This document shows positions 12,040 through 22,427 of a stretch of DNA of 64,000 bases, in pieces. Below the pieces are notes generated by a model that was not told the DNA's origin, made no database searches, and saw only the letters and a list, made by a program, of their open reading frames with translations. The translations under genes were made by a program, and so were the position numbers. The stretch comes from an uncultured Acidobacteriota bacterium (GTDB taxonomy: Bacteria; Acidobacteriota; Terriglobia; Terriglobales; Acidobacteriaceae). The stretch spans positions 7,751-71,750 of the forward strand of contig CAWAZO010000008.1 of NCBI GenBank assembly GCA_963786555.1. The letters are read 5' to 3'. Within the stretch, counting starts at the first letter, position 1; each line of letters starts with the position of its first letter.

Positions 12040-12735
12040 TCAGAGCTGCGGCTGGTCGGAGGGTGGGAGCAGGATTGTGCCCGGGCGTCGTTGTTCTCGC
12101 GATTCCAGATGCCTCTGGCGGAAATGCGCCAGCGCCCGATTTCCCCACGCCCGCACAAAGTAGTAGTTGAGCGTAGCGCCCACGCCCGAACTTACGACCG
12201 GAATCAAGCGGGCCGTCCACTTCTCGACAAACTCGGCGCTGGCGGAGATCGCGATGCGCTGAATCACCTTCGGCACAAAGCGGTTGATCACTCCCTTTTC
12301 CAGCAATTCACGGGTGATGTCCACCCCAGCCGCGCTGGCGGCGGCGACCCACAATTCCGCAACTTCCTCGTCGGTGGTGAACTGGAATCCGTACACCAGG
12401 CTGAGTTTCTGCAGCGTGCGCATGGTGATGGCCGCCAAAACTCCCAGATCGGGCACAATCGTAAACACGCCGCCCAATCCGAAGCCGGCTCCCTCGGCGG
12501 CCGCCAGCTTCATTCCGGCGCGGACGGTCTGCTGCGCGATGTTGTCCAGCCGTTCGACCGGCAAGGTAAACAGCCCGTCATAACTCTCCACCGGAAGTTC
12601 GTGCGCGGTCCGCAGGTGAAACAGGAACTGCTCGGAATCGACCCTGATGGTTTCGTAGGCGCGAGTGAGCCCGGTGCGCAGTGCGCCCTCGACTCGCCGC
12701 ATCAGCCAGGAATGATTTGCCGTCGCTTCAGCCAT
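12040..12735 (-). CDS. EcsC-family protein
   Basis: AAAEGAGFGLGGVFTIVPDLGVLAAITMRTLQKLSLVYGF resembles the EcsC domain pattern. Recognised from memory only. Confidence 0.5.
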   Translation of the reverse strand: MAEATANHSWLMRRVEGALRTGLTRAYETIRVDSEQFLFHLRTAHELPVESYDGLFTLPVERLDNIAQQTVRAGMKLAAAEGAGFGLGGVFTIVPDLGVLAAITMRTLQKLSLVYGFQFTTDEEVAELWVAAASAAGVDITRELLEKGVINRFVPKVIQRIAISASAEFVEKWTARLIPVVSSGVGATLNYYFVRAWGNRALAHFRQRHLESREQRRPGTILLPPSDQPQL

Positions 12736-13049
12736 GAGGTCTCTCTTGTTTCTTTAACCCTGTTCCACGAGAACAGTTTCCGGGTCGCTTGATCCAAGCC
12801 CATAAAACATCATTCCGAAGATCGGGACGGCCTCTCCGGAGCAACCGGGCGGCTGCACCCTGGGGGCAGCTCTAAGTATATTGGATGCGCGGCGAAATCA
12901 TCCCGTGCTTGTCGGTGGGCAAAGGGCTGCCACTCCGCCGCCGGGGCATTGCGTCCAACGCCATTACCGCTCTTGCCAGGAGGCCCACCTTTTGGCCCCG
13001 GAGCAACCCGCTGCCTCCGTCGCGCTCAACGTGCTAGCATTCAAGAGAC

Positions 13050-14720
13050 ATGTCTTCAGGAAAACTTCAAATTATTCCGCTCGGCGGCCTTGGCGAATTC
13101 GGGATGAACTGCATGGCCATTCGCTGGGGCGACGACATTATTGTGATCGACGCCGGACTGATGTTTCCCGAGGCCGAGCTGTTCGGCGTCGATATCGTGG
13201 TCCCGGACCTTGCCTACCTCATTGCCAATCGTAAACACGTGCGCGGCGTAATCCTGACGCATGGACACCAGGACCATATCGGCGCCGTACCCTGGCTGCT
13301 TTCCGAGTTGAACGTGCCGGTCTTTGCCACCGAGTTCACGCTGGCGTATGTCGAGGACAAGCTGGAAGAGCACGGGCTGCTGGATGACGCCGAGCTGAAC
13401 GAGATCCGCGCGGGAGAAAGCTTTCGCCTGGGCGCCTTCACCATTCAACCCATCCAGGTGACGCACAGCCTGGTCGATTGCGTGGCCTTGGCCATTCACA
13501 CGCCGCTCGGAGTGCTGATCCACACCGGCGACTTCAAGGTGGACCCAACGCCGACCGACAACCGCCTCTTCGATCTGCACTCCTTTGCCGAATACGGCAA
13601 GCAGGGCGTGCTGGCCTTGTTGCAGGACTCGACCAACGTCGAGCGTCCGGGCTATACCCAGAGCGAGCAGGCGGTGCGTCCGCGCTTCGAGCAGATTTTT
13701 TCTTCCGCCCCGCGCCGCATCTTCATCTCTTGTTTTTCGTCGTCCATTCATCGCATCAAGATGTCGATGGAATTGGCCTTTCGACACAATCGCAAGGTCG
13801 CGCTGCTGGGTCGCTCGATGGTCGAATCGACCGAAATCGCACAGGATCTTGGCTACCTGACCATCCCCGAGGGCCTGTTGATCAATCCCGGGCAAATTAG
13901 GGATTATGCGCCCAATCAGGTTGCGATCCTGATCAGCGGCACCCAGGGCGAGCCCATGTCTTCGCTCTCGCGCGCGGCGGTCGACAATCATAAACATGCC
14001 AAGATCGAGCCGGGCGATACCGTCATCCTTTCTTCGCGCATCATTCCCGGCAACGAAAAGGCGATCTATCGCGTCGTCGATCACCTCTTCCGCCGCGACG
14101 CCAAGGTTTTCTATGAGGACGGGACGAAGCCGCCATTGCACGTGAGCGGTCACGCCAGCCAGGAAGAGTTGAAATTGCTCATCAACCTGGTGCGCCCGAA
14201 ATATTTCATCCCGATTCACGGCGAGTATCGCCAACTCAAGCTGCATGCGGCTCTGGCCGCCTCGATGCCCGGAGCCGTCGGCCATATTTTCCTGCTGCTC
14301 AGCGGTGAAATTCTGGAATTCGACGAACTTGGAGCGCGCAAAGCCGGCACCGTGCCGGTCGGACGCATTTGCATCGACTCCGGTTCCACCGGCGACGTGG
14401 TCGAGGAGTTGATCATCAGCGACCGCCGTCATCTCAGCGAAGACGGTTTTGTGCTGCCCATCCTGGCCATCAACAAAATTACCGGGATCGTCGAGAATCC
14501 GCCGGAGATTGTGATGCGCGGCTTTGCCGGCGCGCCCTCGGATAATGGCTTTGTCGAACAGGCAAAGCAGGTTGTGCTGGCGACCCTGGAGCATTCCACG
14601 CAAGAGGAAATGAGCGACTATGGCGTTATTAAGGAGAAAATCCGCCAGGACCTGAAGCGCTATATCGCCAAAAATACCCAGCGACGTCCCTTGATCATGC
14701 CCGTAATCCTGGAAGTCTGA
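13050..14720 (+). CDS. rnj: Ribonuclease J (metallo-beta-lactamase / beta-CASP)
   Basis: KLQIIPLGGLGEFGMNCMAIRWGDDIIVIDAG; ILTHGHQDHIGAVPWLL; HVSGHASQEELKLLINLVRPKYFIPIHGEYR. 556 aa. Confidence 0.9.
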   Translation: MSSGKLQIIPLGGLGEFGMNCMAIRWGDDIIVIDAGLMFPEAELFGVDIVVPDLAYLIANRKHVRGVILTHGHQDHIGAVPWLLSELNVPVFATEFTLAYVEDKLEEHGLLDDAELNEIRAGESFRLGAFTIQPIQVTHSLVDCVALAIHTPLGVLIHTGDFKVDPTPTDNRLFDLHSFAEYGKQGVLALLQDSTNVERPGYTQSEQAVRPRFEQIFSSAPRRIFISCFSSSIHRIKMSMELAFRHNRKVALLGRSMVESTEIAQDLGYLTIPEGLLINPGQIRDYAPNQVAILISGTQGEPMSSLSRAAVDNHKHAKIEPGDTVILSSRIIPGNEKAIYRVVDHLFRRDAKVFYEDGTKPPLHVSGHASQEELKLLINLVRPKYFIPIHGEYRQLKLHAALAASMPGAVGHIFLLLSGEILEFDELGARKAGTVPVGRICIDSGSTGDVVEELIISDRRHLSEDGFVLPILAINKITGIVENPPEIVMRGFAGAPSDNGFVEQAKQVVLATLEHSTQEEMSDYGVIKEKIRQDLKRYIAKNTQRRPLIMPVILEV

Positions 14721-14747
14721 GATGGGCATCCTTTGCTGTTTCCGGAT

Positions 14748-15956
14748 ATGAGCGGTTTTGCAGTTGCGAAAAGTGGAGAACGCCCGCGCCGAAGCGCGCG
14801 CATCGGGTTGGCGTTCGCCCTGGTCATCCTGCTGGTGGCCATTCTTCCTCCCTTGAAGCACCATCTCTGGGCGGCATCGGTGCTCTGGGGATTGGAGAGC
14901 CCGGCGGATGAAAGCCGGTTGGTGCGGGAGGTCGCGCGGATTGGCCTCAATCCAGTGCGCACCGAGAGCCGGACGATTCCGGGTTCCACGCCGATCGCGG
15001 CACGCTTCTACTATCCCGTCGGCCACGACAAGGCCCCGACGGTGATCGTGCTGCACGGAGTGCATCACCTCGGCATCGAGGAACCGCGGCTGATGGCCTT
15101 CGCCCGGTCGCTTTCGTCGCACGGATTTCTGGCCATCACGCCCGAATTGAAGGACCTGGCCGATTACCGGGTTACTCCCGAAACCATTCAGTCGATCGGC
15201 GAGTGTGCGCAATTTGTCCGGCAGAGTTCGGGCGCGCCGGCGACGATCATCGGCTTGAGCTTCGCCGGAGGCCTGTCGCTGATGGCTGCCGCCGAGCCGC
15301 GCTGGCGCGATGACATCGGCCTGATTGTCGCCGTCGGTGGCTACGATGATCTCGAACGCGTCCTGGAATACTATGCGACCAGCACCATTATCGGGCCTGC
15401 CGGCGAGGTCACCCGGCTTCCGACCCATGAGTACGGCCCACTGGTTGCCGTTTACGATCATCCCGGAGAATTTTTCTCGGCCCGCGATGTGGCCGTCGCC
15501 CGCACCACTCTGCGCTATCTGCTCTGGGAGGACCGCAAGCGGGCCGAGGCCGAAGCCAAGAGGCTCTCGCCCGGCGGAGAGCAGCGCATGGAATCGCTTT
15601 TCGAGCATCATATCGACGCGCTCTCCCCGGTGCTGCTGCGCGGGATTCGTAAATATCACGATGAAATGGCCGCGATTTCGCCGCACGGAAATTTGGCGGG
15701 CTTGCAGGCATCGGTTTACCTGTTGCATGGCGCGGCCGATAATGTCGTTCCCGCCAGCGAAACCGAATGGCTTGAGCACGACGTGCCCAGGCAGTCGTTG
15801 CGCCAGGCGCTGATCTCTCCCGTGGTCAGCCATCTCGACCTGAATCGTTCGCCGACGCTCACCGACCGCCTGAAGCTTGTACACTTTATGTCAGACTTCC
15901 TGCAGGATGCCGAATCCCCGGGTGCGGCACATCCGGTGAAGACTCCTTCGCCGTGA
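14748..15956 (+). CDS. Alpha/beta hydrolase family protein
   Basis: VIVLHGVHHLG, nucleophile-elbow-like IGLSFAGG, N-terminal TM/signal segment. ATG at 14748 is in frame within ORF 14733..15956. Confidence 0.6.
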   Translation: MSGFAVAKSGERPRRSARIGLAFALVILLVAILPPLKHHLWAASVLWGLESPADESRLVREVARIGLNPVRTESRTIPGSTPIAARFYYPVGHDKAPTVIVLHGVHHLGIEEPRLMAFARSLSSHGFLAITPELKDLADYRVTPETIQSIGECAQFVRQSSGAPATIIGLSFAGGLSLMAAAEPRWRDDIGLIVAVGGYDDLERVLEYYATSTIIGPAGEVTRLPTHEYGPLVAVYDHPGEFFSARDVAVARTTLRYLLWEDRKRAEAEAKRLSPGGEQRMESLFEHHIDALSPVLLRGIRKYHDEMAAISPHGNLAGLQASVYLLHGAADNVVPASETEWLEHDVPRQSLRQALISPVVSHLDLNRSPTLTDRLKLVHFMSDFLQDAESPGAAHPVKTPSP

Positions 15957-15991
15957 AGTCAACTTATTAGAATAGAGCTAGATCTATCGTC

Positions 15992-16990
15992 ATGATCACC
16001 TTGAAAGAAATTGAAAAAGCGCGCGAGCGGCTGGCTGGAGTCGCGGCTCGCACCCCTTTAATCCGGTACTATGCGGCAACCTCCGGCGAGCCCAGGCGCT
16101 CGGGTGAGCACGAAATTTATCTCAAGGCCGAGAACTTTCAGCCCACCGGAAGCTTCAAATTGCGCGGCGCCTATAACAAGATTGCCTCGCTCACCGAAGA
16201 AGAGCGGAAGCGGGGCGTCGTGACCCACTCCAGCGGCAATCACGCGCAGGGTGTCGCCTACGCCGCCCGCGCCATGGGATTGCACGCCGTGGTCGTCATG
16301 CCGCGCAATTCCAGCCGGGTAAAGCAGGAGGCGGTGGCGGCCATGGGCGCCGAGGTCGTCATCGTCGGCCCGTCCAGCCGCGAACGCCGGCAGAAGTCGG
16401 AAGAACTCGCGGCACAGCACGGCTATGTCCAAGTCCCGCCCTTCAACGACGAGCTGGTAATTGCCGGGCAAGGCACCATCGGGCTTGAAATCCTGGAAGA
16501 CCTCGCCGACGCCGACCTCGTGTTGGCGCCCATCAGCGGCGCCGGCCTCATCACCGGCATCGCGTCGGCCATCAAGCTGAGCGGATCAAAAGCAAAAGTG
16601 GTGGGCGTGGAGCCGGAATTGGCCAATGACGCGCAGCAGAGCTTCCGCACCGGTCACATCGTGGAGCTCGAACCGGAGCGCGCTTCCAGCACAATTGCCG
16701 ACGGCCTGCGCGGACAATCCGTCGGCGAGATTACCTTCGACCTGATGCAAAAATACGTCGACGACGTCGTCACCGTCAGTGAAGACGACATTCGCCACGC
16801 CATGCGGACGCTTATTTGCCAGGCGCATATCATGGCCGAGCCCAGCGGCGCGGTGGGCTTTGCCGCCTGCCTGTTGCACGCCGATAAGCTGCCCTCTGCC
16901 AGGAAAATCGTGGCCGTGGTGAGCGGCGGCAACACCGAACCGCAATTGCTGGCCCGCATCATCTACCCCGAAGGAGAAGCCAGGGAATGA
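15992..16990 (+). CDS. PLP-dependent threonine/serine dehydratase (short form, no ACT domain)
   Basis: FQPTGSFKLRGAYNKI (PLP lysine), HSSGNHAQGVAYAA, SGGN. Confidence 0.85.
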   Translation: MITLKEIEKARERLAGVAARTPLIRYYAATSGEPRRSGEHEIYLKAENFQPTGSFKLRGAYNKIASLTEEERKRGVVTHSSGNHAQGVAYAARAMGLHAVVVMPRNSSRVKQEAVAAMGAEVVIVGPSSRERRQKSEELAAQHGYVQVPPFNDELVIAGQGTIGLEILEDLADADLVLAPISGAGLITGIASAIKLSGSKAKVVGVEPELANDAQQSFRTGHIVELEPERASSTIADGLRGQSVGEITFDLMQKYVDDVVTVSEDDIRHAMRTLICQAHIMAEPSGAVGFAACLLHADKLPSARKIVAVVSGGNTEPQLLARIIYPEGEARE

Positions 16991-17062
16991 AAGCCCGTCC
17001 GGGTGGCCCATTCTCATAGTTGGCCAGAGTGTGGTAGATCGCGGTGGTCCACGTCCGCCCGC

Positions 17063-17212
17063 GTCGGGGTCCCAGGAGATGTTCTCGCTGGGGTGACTGG
17101 GCGAATGTAGGGCTCGAAGAAACGGATGACATTGGATTAGACTGCGGGTATCCCAAGTTCCGCGCTGCGAGTTCGGGGTCCTCGGCGAGTTCTGCTCGCT
17201 GGGGTGGTTAAT
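17063..17212. repeat. Two diverged copies of a GC-rich intergenic repeat in the dehydratase-uppP spacer
   Basis: cgtcggggtcccaggagatgttctcgctggggtgactgg (17063-17100) versus gttcggggtcctcggcgagttctgctcgctggggtggttaa (17171-17212). Confidence 0.5.
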
Positions 17213-17305
17213 TGACCGGCGTTAACCTGGGGCAGTTCCATGGCCGGGTGTCCACAGTTGCTAAGGTGAGGCATTCGAAGAGGCGGGATTCCCGCTGGAG
17301 GCTTA

Positions 17306-18169
17306 TTGAACCACTATTTACTCTCTGTCCTGCTTGGTATTGTCGAAGGGTTGACCGAGTTTCTGCCCGTCAGTTCGACCGCGCACCTGCGAATCTGCGA
17401 GCGACTGATGCACCTTTCGCTCGATGACCCGTACTGGAAGATGTACACCATCGTCATTCAGTTGGGAGCCATCCTGGCCTTGCTGCTGCTGTTCCTGCCG
17501 CGGATCGTCAATTTTTTCCGCACCTTTCCCGAAGGCGAGCGCGGCAAGAGCACGGTGATGACCCACCCCATAACGCTGACCTTTGTTGCCTTCGTCTGCA
17601 CCTCTGTGCCTTCGCTGCTGATGATCAAGCGCATCGGCCAAAATCTGGAAAGTCTCAAGGTCATGGCGCTGGCGCTCATCATTGGCGGCATCATTATGTG
17701 GATCGTCGATAGGATGAGCGAGCGGCATGAGCCCTCGACGACCGACATGGAAGAGATGTCGCTTGGCCAGGCGATCTGGATTGGCCTCTGCCAGGTGACC
17801 TCGGCGGTCATTCCCGGGACCTCGCGTTCGATGTCGACTATTGCGGCCGGGCAACTCGTCGGCATGAGCCGGCCGGCTGCCTTGGAATTCAGCTTCCTGC
17901 TTTCGATTCCGACCATGCTGGCCGCTACCGGCTATTCGCTGGTCAAGGCCCTGCACCCCAGCCACGCCGCCGCAGACACGCTCACGCCCCTGGTGATGAC
18001 CGGGCAGAATTGGATCGTGCTGATCATCGGCTTCGTAGTTTCGTTTTTCGTGGCGCTGGTCGTCGTGGAGTGGTTTCTGGTCTGGGTACGCGAACACGGC
18101 TTCGTCCCCTTCGCGATCTATCGCATCCTGGTCGGAGGCTGGGTATTATACCTCGCACTGCACAGCTAG
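17306..18169 (+). CDS. uppP: Undecaprenyl-diphosphate phosphatase
   Basis: LLGIVEGLTEFLPVSSTAHL; PGTSRSMSTIAAG; 8 TM-like segments; TTG start. Confidence 0.9.
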   Translation: MNHYLLSVLLGIVEGLTEFLPVSSTAHLRICERLMHLSLDDPYWKMYTIVIQLGAILALLLLFLPRIVNFFRTFPEGERGKSTVMTHPITLTFVAFVCTSVPSLLMIKRIGQNLESLKVMALALIIGGIIMWIVDRMSERHEPSTTDMEEMSLGQAIWIGLCQVTSAVIPGTSRSMSTIAAGQLVGMSRPAALEFSFLLSIPTMLAATGYSLVKALHPSHAAADTLTPLVMTGQNWIVLIIGFVVSFFVALVVVEWFLVWVREHGFVPFAIYRILVGGWVLYLALHS

Positions 18170-19061
18170 AGTGATACCACGGTTGAAAGCCCGGTTCCTC
18201 CACCCCAACAAGCCAACATGATTGCTCCGACTTTGAGCTTGCCGACGATGCCGTAATTGATCATCGGATCACGGTCGAACCAAGGGTTGATAATGGCTTC
18301 GGCGCTGGTGGCGTATTGTGGCCAATCCATGCCTTTTGTTCCTTTGGTCTGTGGCGGGATATTGATGAGCAATGCGCCACGGCGAGCGAGTTCAAGAGCT
18401 TGCGGCGGGTGCTACTCATCAGGTACCGCCCTTCTCTTGTTGCGCCCGACTAGCCACCCATGTTTCTTCTTGCTCTTTAGCGTGTCACCTTCGCACTTCT
18501 TGGCAACAACACGAGCATGTTCCGGTCGAAGTCACTTGCAGGTAAACCGGCTGGACGCCGTGTTCTTGTTCGATGTCTTGTAGCTGCTTGATTAACTCGC
18601 CAGAGCATGTTTCATAAATCGGTCTTTAAAGGGGCATGGCTTTAGCCTCGCCGTCCAGGGCCAGAAAAATGCGGGGCTTAGTCCCTAAGGGAACACGCAT
18701 TATTCCTAAAGCATGTTTTTGAAACAAGCTCCAGTTAACTTCGGGAACGGTTTGACCTGGAGATTTGTCTCTGCGGAATGCGAACCTCGGACTTCGTGGC
18801 CGTCAGCAATACCAGGGGGCACGACAGAAGCGGGTCAGAGGGGCAGGGGGATTGATGCTGGTTGGAAAGCCACCAGACCTTTTTGGCCAGGCTAGAGCCT
18901 TGGTCGCCGGCGCCGGTTCGCCCCTTCACGGGCACCGTGGTCAGAAGCGGCGAAACTTCCGGAAAAAGAGATGTCCTACACGCCGTGATTGCGTGTTACA
19001 ACTCGGCATTGTTGCCTTAAGCTTAAGGACGCCACAAGGCGCAGAGCCAGGTTCGGGAGGA

Positions 19062-20096
19062 ATGGTCATGGAGAAGGTTAAGGTGGGAATCGTTGGGATC
19101 GGATGGTGGTCCGATGTGCTTGCAACCGCGCTGCAAAAGAGCCCACATCTCCGCTTGGCGGCTTGTTTTTCGCGCGATCCAGAAAAGACCCGCGGATTTG
19201 CCGAAAAATTCGGCTGTGAGCCGGTTAGCTCTTTGGACGAACTTGTATCGGGAGAGAAGGTCGAGGGCGTCATTCTGACGACCCCTAACTCGCAGCATCG
19301 CGCGGGCGTCGAAACCGCCGCTGCTGCCGGAAAACATATCTTCGTCGAAAAGCCAATCGCCAACGATCTTGAGGACGCCTATGCCATTGTCGCCGCCTGC
19401 CACCACGCCGGCGTCATTCTTTCGGTTGGCCACAGCTATCGCCGGCATGGAGGATTGCGCAAGCTGGCAGAGATGATCAAGCGAGGCGAACTCGGGCGAA
19501 TCAGCCTGGCGCAGGCCATCTTTTCGAAGGATCACGGTCTACACCTAAAGCCTGAGGATTGGAGATCCCGAAGAGAAGAGATGCCGGGTGGATGCTTAAT
19601 GCAAATCGGCATCCATCACATCGACAATCTGATTTATCTGCTCGGAAACGTCTCCGAAGTCTCCGGCATGTTCGCGCACCTCGAAACCGCCGGAGCGATC
19701 GCGGATGTGGCCGCCATCCTGATGCGGTTCGCGAATGGCGCGATTGGACATGTTGGAGTCGATTACATCTCGGCGGACAAGTTCTCTCTCACTGTGCACG
19801 GGACCGATGCTCTCGCCTCCTTCGATCTGACCCGGGGCCTCACCGTGTTCCGGCGGGGTCAGGACGCAGAGGAGCGGCTCGCATTCGTGCCGGTCGACTA
19901 TCTTCGTGCCGAGCTCGACGAATTTGCCCTTTGCATTCGCGAGCATGGTCATCCTGAAGTGGATGGTCTGGTCGCCATCCAGCCCTTATCCGTCGTGCTT
20001 GCGGCCGTCGAGTCCGCTGCCACTGGCCGAACGGTTGCTCTCGGAGCACTGAGGGATGACTGGTTGCTTGGGCCACCCACTCTGCGTCATGCATAA
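19062..20096 (+). CDS. Gfo/Idh/MocA family NAD(P)-dependent oxidoreductase
   Basis: GGGAGG then ATG 19062. MEKVKVGIVGIGWWSDVLATAL...VILTTPNSQHRAGVETAAAAGKHIFVEKP. Confidence 0.8.
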   Translation: MVMEKVKVGIVGIGWWSDVLATALQKSPHLRLAACFSRDPEKTRGFAEKFGCEPVSSLDELVSGEKVEGVILTTPNSQHRAGVETAAAAGKHIFVEKPIANDLEDAYAIVAACHHAGVILSVGHSYRRHGGLRKLAEMIKRGELGRISLAQAIFSKDHGLHLKPEDWRSRREEMPGGCLMQIGIHHIDNLIYLLGNVSEVSGMFAHLETAGAIADVAAILMRFANGAIGHVGVDYISADKFSLTVHGTDALASFDLTRGLTVFRRGQDAEERLAFVPVDYLRAELDEFALCIREHGHPEVDGLVAIQPLSVVLAAVESAATGRTVALGALRDDWLLGPPTLRHA

Positions 20097-20346
20097 GACG
20101 CAGAACGGGGAATGGGATGCTGTGACGAATTCCCGACAACAGGGAAACTATGCTCACCTCGGCGCCTGATACTTCGCGACTATGTGAGCAATAGCGAACA
20201 GACACCATATTCCGCACTTGATAACTTCTGGGATGCTGGGGACCGCGAGAGTAGCTTATAGGATTGATCGTAGTACCCGACCACAGAAGAACGCACACCG
20301 GTCACAACATCAAGCCATTACCTAGAGGGTAGAGAGAGAGTTAAAG

Positions 20347-20574
20347 ATGATTAGTACGCTGAAAGAAAGCGCACAGCATTCCGTTGTTGCAATTTTCGCG
20401 CAGCATTCCGGAGCGGAAAATGCGGTCAAAGAGTTGAAGGCCAGTCGGTTCGACATCAAGAAGCTCTCGATTGTTGGAAGTGATTACCATTCGAACGAAA
20501 ATGTGGTTGGCTTCTACAACACAGGCGACAGGATGATGTACTGGGGCAAAATGGGCGCCTTCTCTTGGTCTTAA
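20347..20574 (+). pseudogene. Truncated general-stress-type small protein (N-terminal soluble half only)
   Basis: VVAIFAQHSGAENAVKELKASRFDIKKLSIVGSDYHSNENVVGFYNTGDRMMYWGKMGAF resembles, from memory, the N-terminal half of a longer stress/membrane protein family. The ORF stops right after GAFSWS, where a glycine-rich TM part normally follows. Confidence 0.4.
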
Positions 20575-20578
20575 TGCG

Positions 20579-21010
20579 GTGCAGGTTGCGGCAGATGGAT
20601 CTTTACAGGGTGTACGCGAGTTTGAGCCACAAATCGACAAGGACCTCGCTGGGGAGGGAGGAGTCATTCTCATCGCCCAGTTACTCGGACTGTGTCTTGC
20701 CCTGATTGGTGAAGTATTAACGTTGCGGCTGGTCGAGGACGTATCTCCTTACCTCAAGCTCACAACGAAACCGGCCACAGCCGTGCCCTTTGAAGACATT
20801 CTGAAGGAAGTTGGCCAACTCAACAATGTGAGCGAGCGGCTTGAGTCGCTTGCGGACCAGCATCCGATCGTGGAAGATGCATTGATGAGTGTCTCAGGGA
20901 ACATCCGTAATACGGCTACTGTATTGGAAGTTCTCGCTCTGATCAGAAACAAGTCTGTCCGGCTACCGGAAAATGGGCCGAAGGATCCGGCGCAGCGCTA
21001 TAAAATGTAA
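20579..21010 (+). CDS. Hypothetical protein or gene fragment
   Basis: ORF starts 5 nt after the truncated gene. Hydrophobic GGVILIAQLLGLCLALIGEVLTL segment. No recognisable family. Confidence 0.25.
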   Translation: MQVAADGSLQGVREFEPQIDKDLAGEGGVILIAQLLGLCLALIGEVLTLRLVEDVSPYLKLTTKPATAVPFEDILKEVGQLNNVSERLESLADQHPIVEDALMSVSGNIRNTATVLEVLALIRNKSVRLPENGPKDPAQRYKM

Positions 21011-21260
21011 TTTCTGCAAGATCGTTACACCAGTCGTCCGCTGTGGGGCCTGTTATTTGTAGTTCTTTCAAGTTCGCGCAGAGCGGTTGATCGGGAAATT
21101 TCGACATGCCCCGTTACGGCGGAGCACTTTGCACGGAAGCGAAAATGAAGACTTCGCCGGAAACGCGAGATTGGGCCCAGCGGCTTCTTGCTTACGAAGC
21201 TGTTGCTGGCGAGACCTCTGCTCCAGCGGACTCTGCGGCTGTTCGCGTCTATGAGAATCT

Positions 21261-21975
21261 GTGCCGGCCACTATGTGCACTCGCGGGAGTTACCGGTTTT
21301 CGGTCGCTCGCTTCTCGCGCTCCGAAGGCATTCGCCAGGGAGAACCCGGCATTGTCGCCGTCTTTGAAGAAAGACCGCAGGCGTACGTGGACCGGGCCGG
21401 CAGCTTTGGTATGGATTTGGAAACCCCTCAGCAAGAGGGAAAACTTCTGATCCTCTACCTCCGCCCCTGGACCTCTCGGTGGATGAAACCATGAACGAGA
21501 TTCTCGACGCGGTGCGGAAAATTGACGCAAAGCGCCTGGTGATCGATTCTCTGGCGGGCTTTGAGATGGCGCTGTCGCCCGGATTCCGCGAAGACTTTCG
21601 TGAATCGCTCTACCGGATGATCTTCGCTTTGACGGGAATCGGGGTGACGATTCTAAGCACGGTCGAGGTGGATGAGTCTTTCACCGAATTTCCGTTCAGC
21701 ACCTACTCGATTTCTTTTCTTACCGACGACATCATCCGGCTTCGGTACGTATCCATCGACGGCGAACTTCGCAAGATCCTGGTCGTTATCAAGATGCGCG
21801 GTGGCGACCCAGCAAGGATGTCCGCGAATATGAAATCACTTCCGAGGGAGGGATCATCATCGGCGAGCGCCTCAAGGACTATCAATATCTGATCACCGGG
21901 ATTCCTGAGCGGGTGAACCGATCCCGTCAGGGACAAGGGCTCTCGGATAAGCCGGAAGACACGAGTAAGAGCTGA
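21261..21975 (+). pseudogene. KaiC/RecA-superfamily ATPase domain remnant (no Walker A, at least 2 frame breaks)
   Basis: GEPGIVAVFEERPQAYVDRAGSFGMDLE...KLLILYLRP, then VDETMNEILDAVRKIDAKRLVIDSLAGFEMAL...FLTDDIIRLRYVSIDGELRKILVVIKMRGG, then SKDVREYEITSEGGIIIG in a third frame. Abruptly preceded by the unrelated ORF 21106... Confidence 0.65.
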
Positions 21976-22316
21976 GATTCACGGGCCTCGCTGGCTTTTG
22001 CCGGGTTCACAACCGATGTGGTTTCTGCGTTTCTGTCGCCGATACAGGCGCGGGAATCGCCCCCCAACACTACAAGCGTATCTTTGAGCCTTTTTTCACC
22101 ACGAAAGGCGATAAAGGAACAGGGCTAGGACTTTGGCTCTGCACAGGTATTGTCAACCGGGTTGGCGGCTCGATTCGCGTCTGGAGTTCACGGCGGCCTG
22201 GTCGCTCGGGAGTTTGTTTCTCTGTTTTCCTTCCTGCCGAGAAAGCCACCTCTACCCCGTGCCGCCGGCGATACGAGCGGGAAAACTCGACATGTCAGCA
22301 GGAGGAGCACGGTTAG
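21969..22316 (+). pseudogene. Histidine-kinase HATPase_c fragment (no HisKA or sensor part)
   Basis: My frame translation gives VSVADTGAGIAPQHYKRIFEPFFTTKGDKGTGLGLWLCTGIVNRVGGSIRVWSS...VCFSVFLP. Confidence 0.6.
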
Positions 22317-22427
22317 AAATAGAAATCCTGCCCTCCGCAGGTTCGCTGGGGAGCACCCCGACTGAGATTTCTGGCTGAAGACGGCCCATGCTAACGGATT
22401 GCTAAGGCATTGATCTCGCTATCACCA

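Noticed and set aside
13056-15884. 942-aa ORF on the minus strand, the longest in this part of the window
   Set aside because: It is antisense to RNase J and the alpha/beta hydrolase, both well supported. It has no recognisable domains and looks like a GC-bias artefact.
18166-18640. Minus-strand fragments (68-aa ORF with PWFDRDPMINYGIVGKLKVG; upstream piece ELIKQLQDIEQEHGVQPVYLQVTSTGTCSCCC) as a possible redox protein or mobile-element remnant
   Set aside because: I cannot assign either piece to a family, and the frames are interrupted by stops. It is reported only as part of the decay zone.
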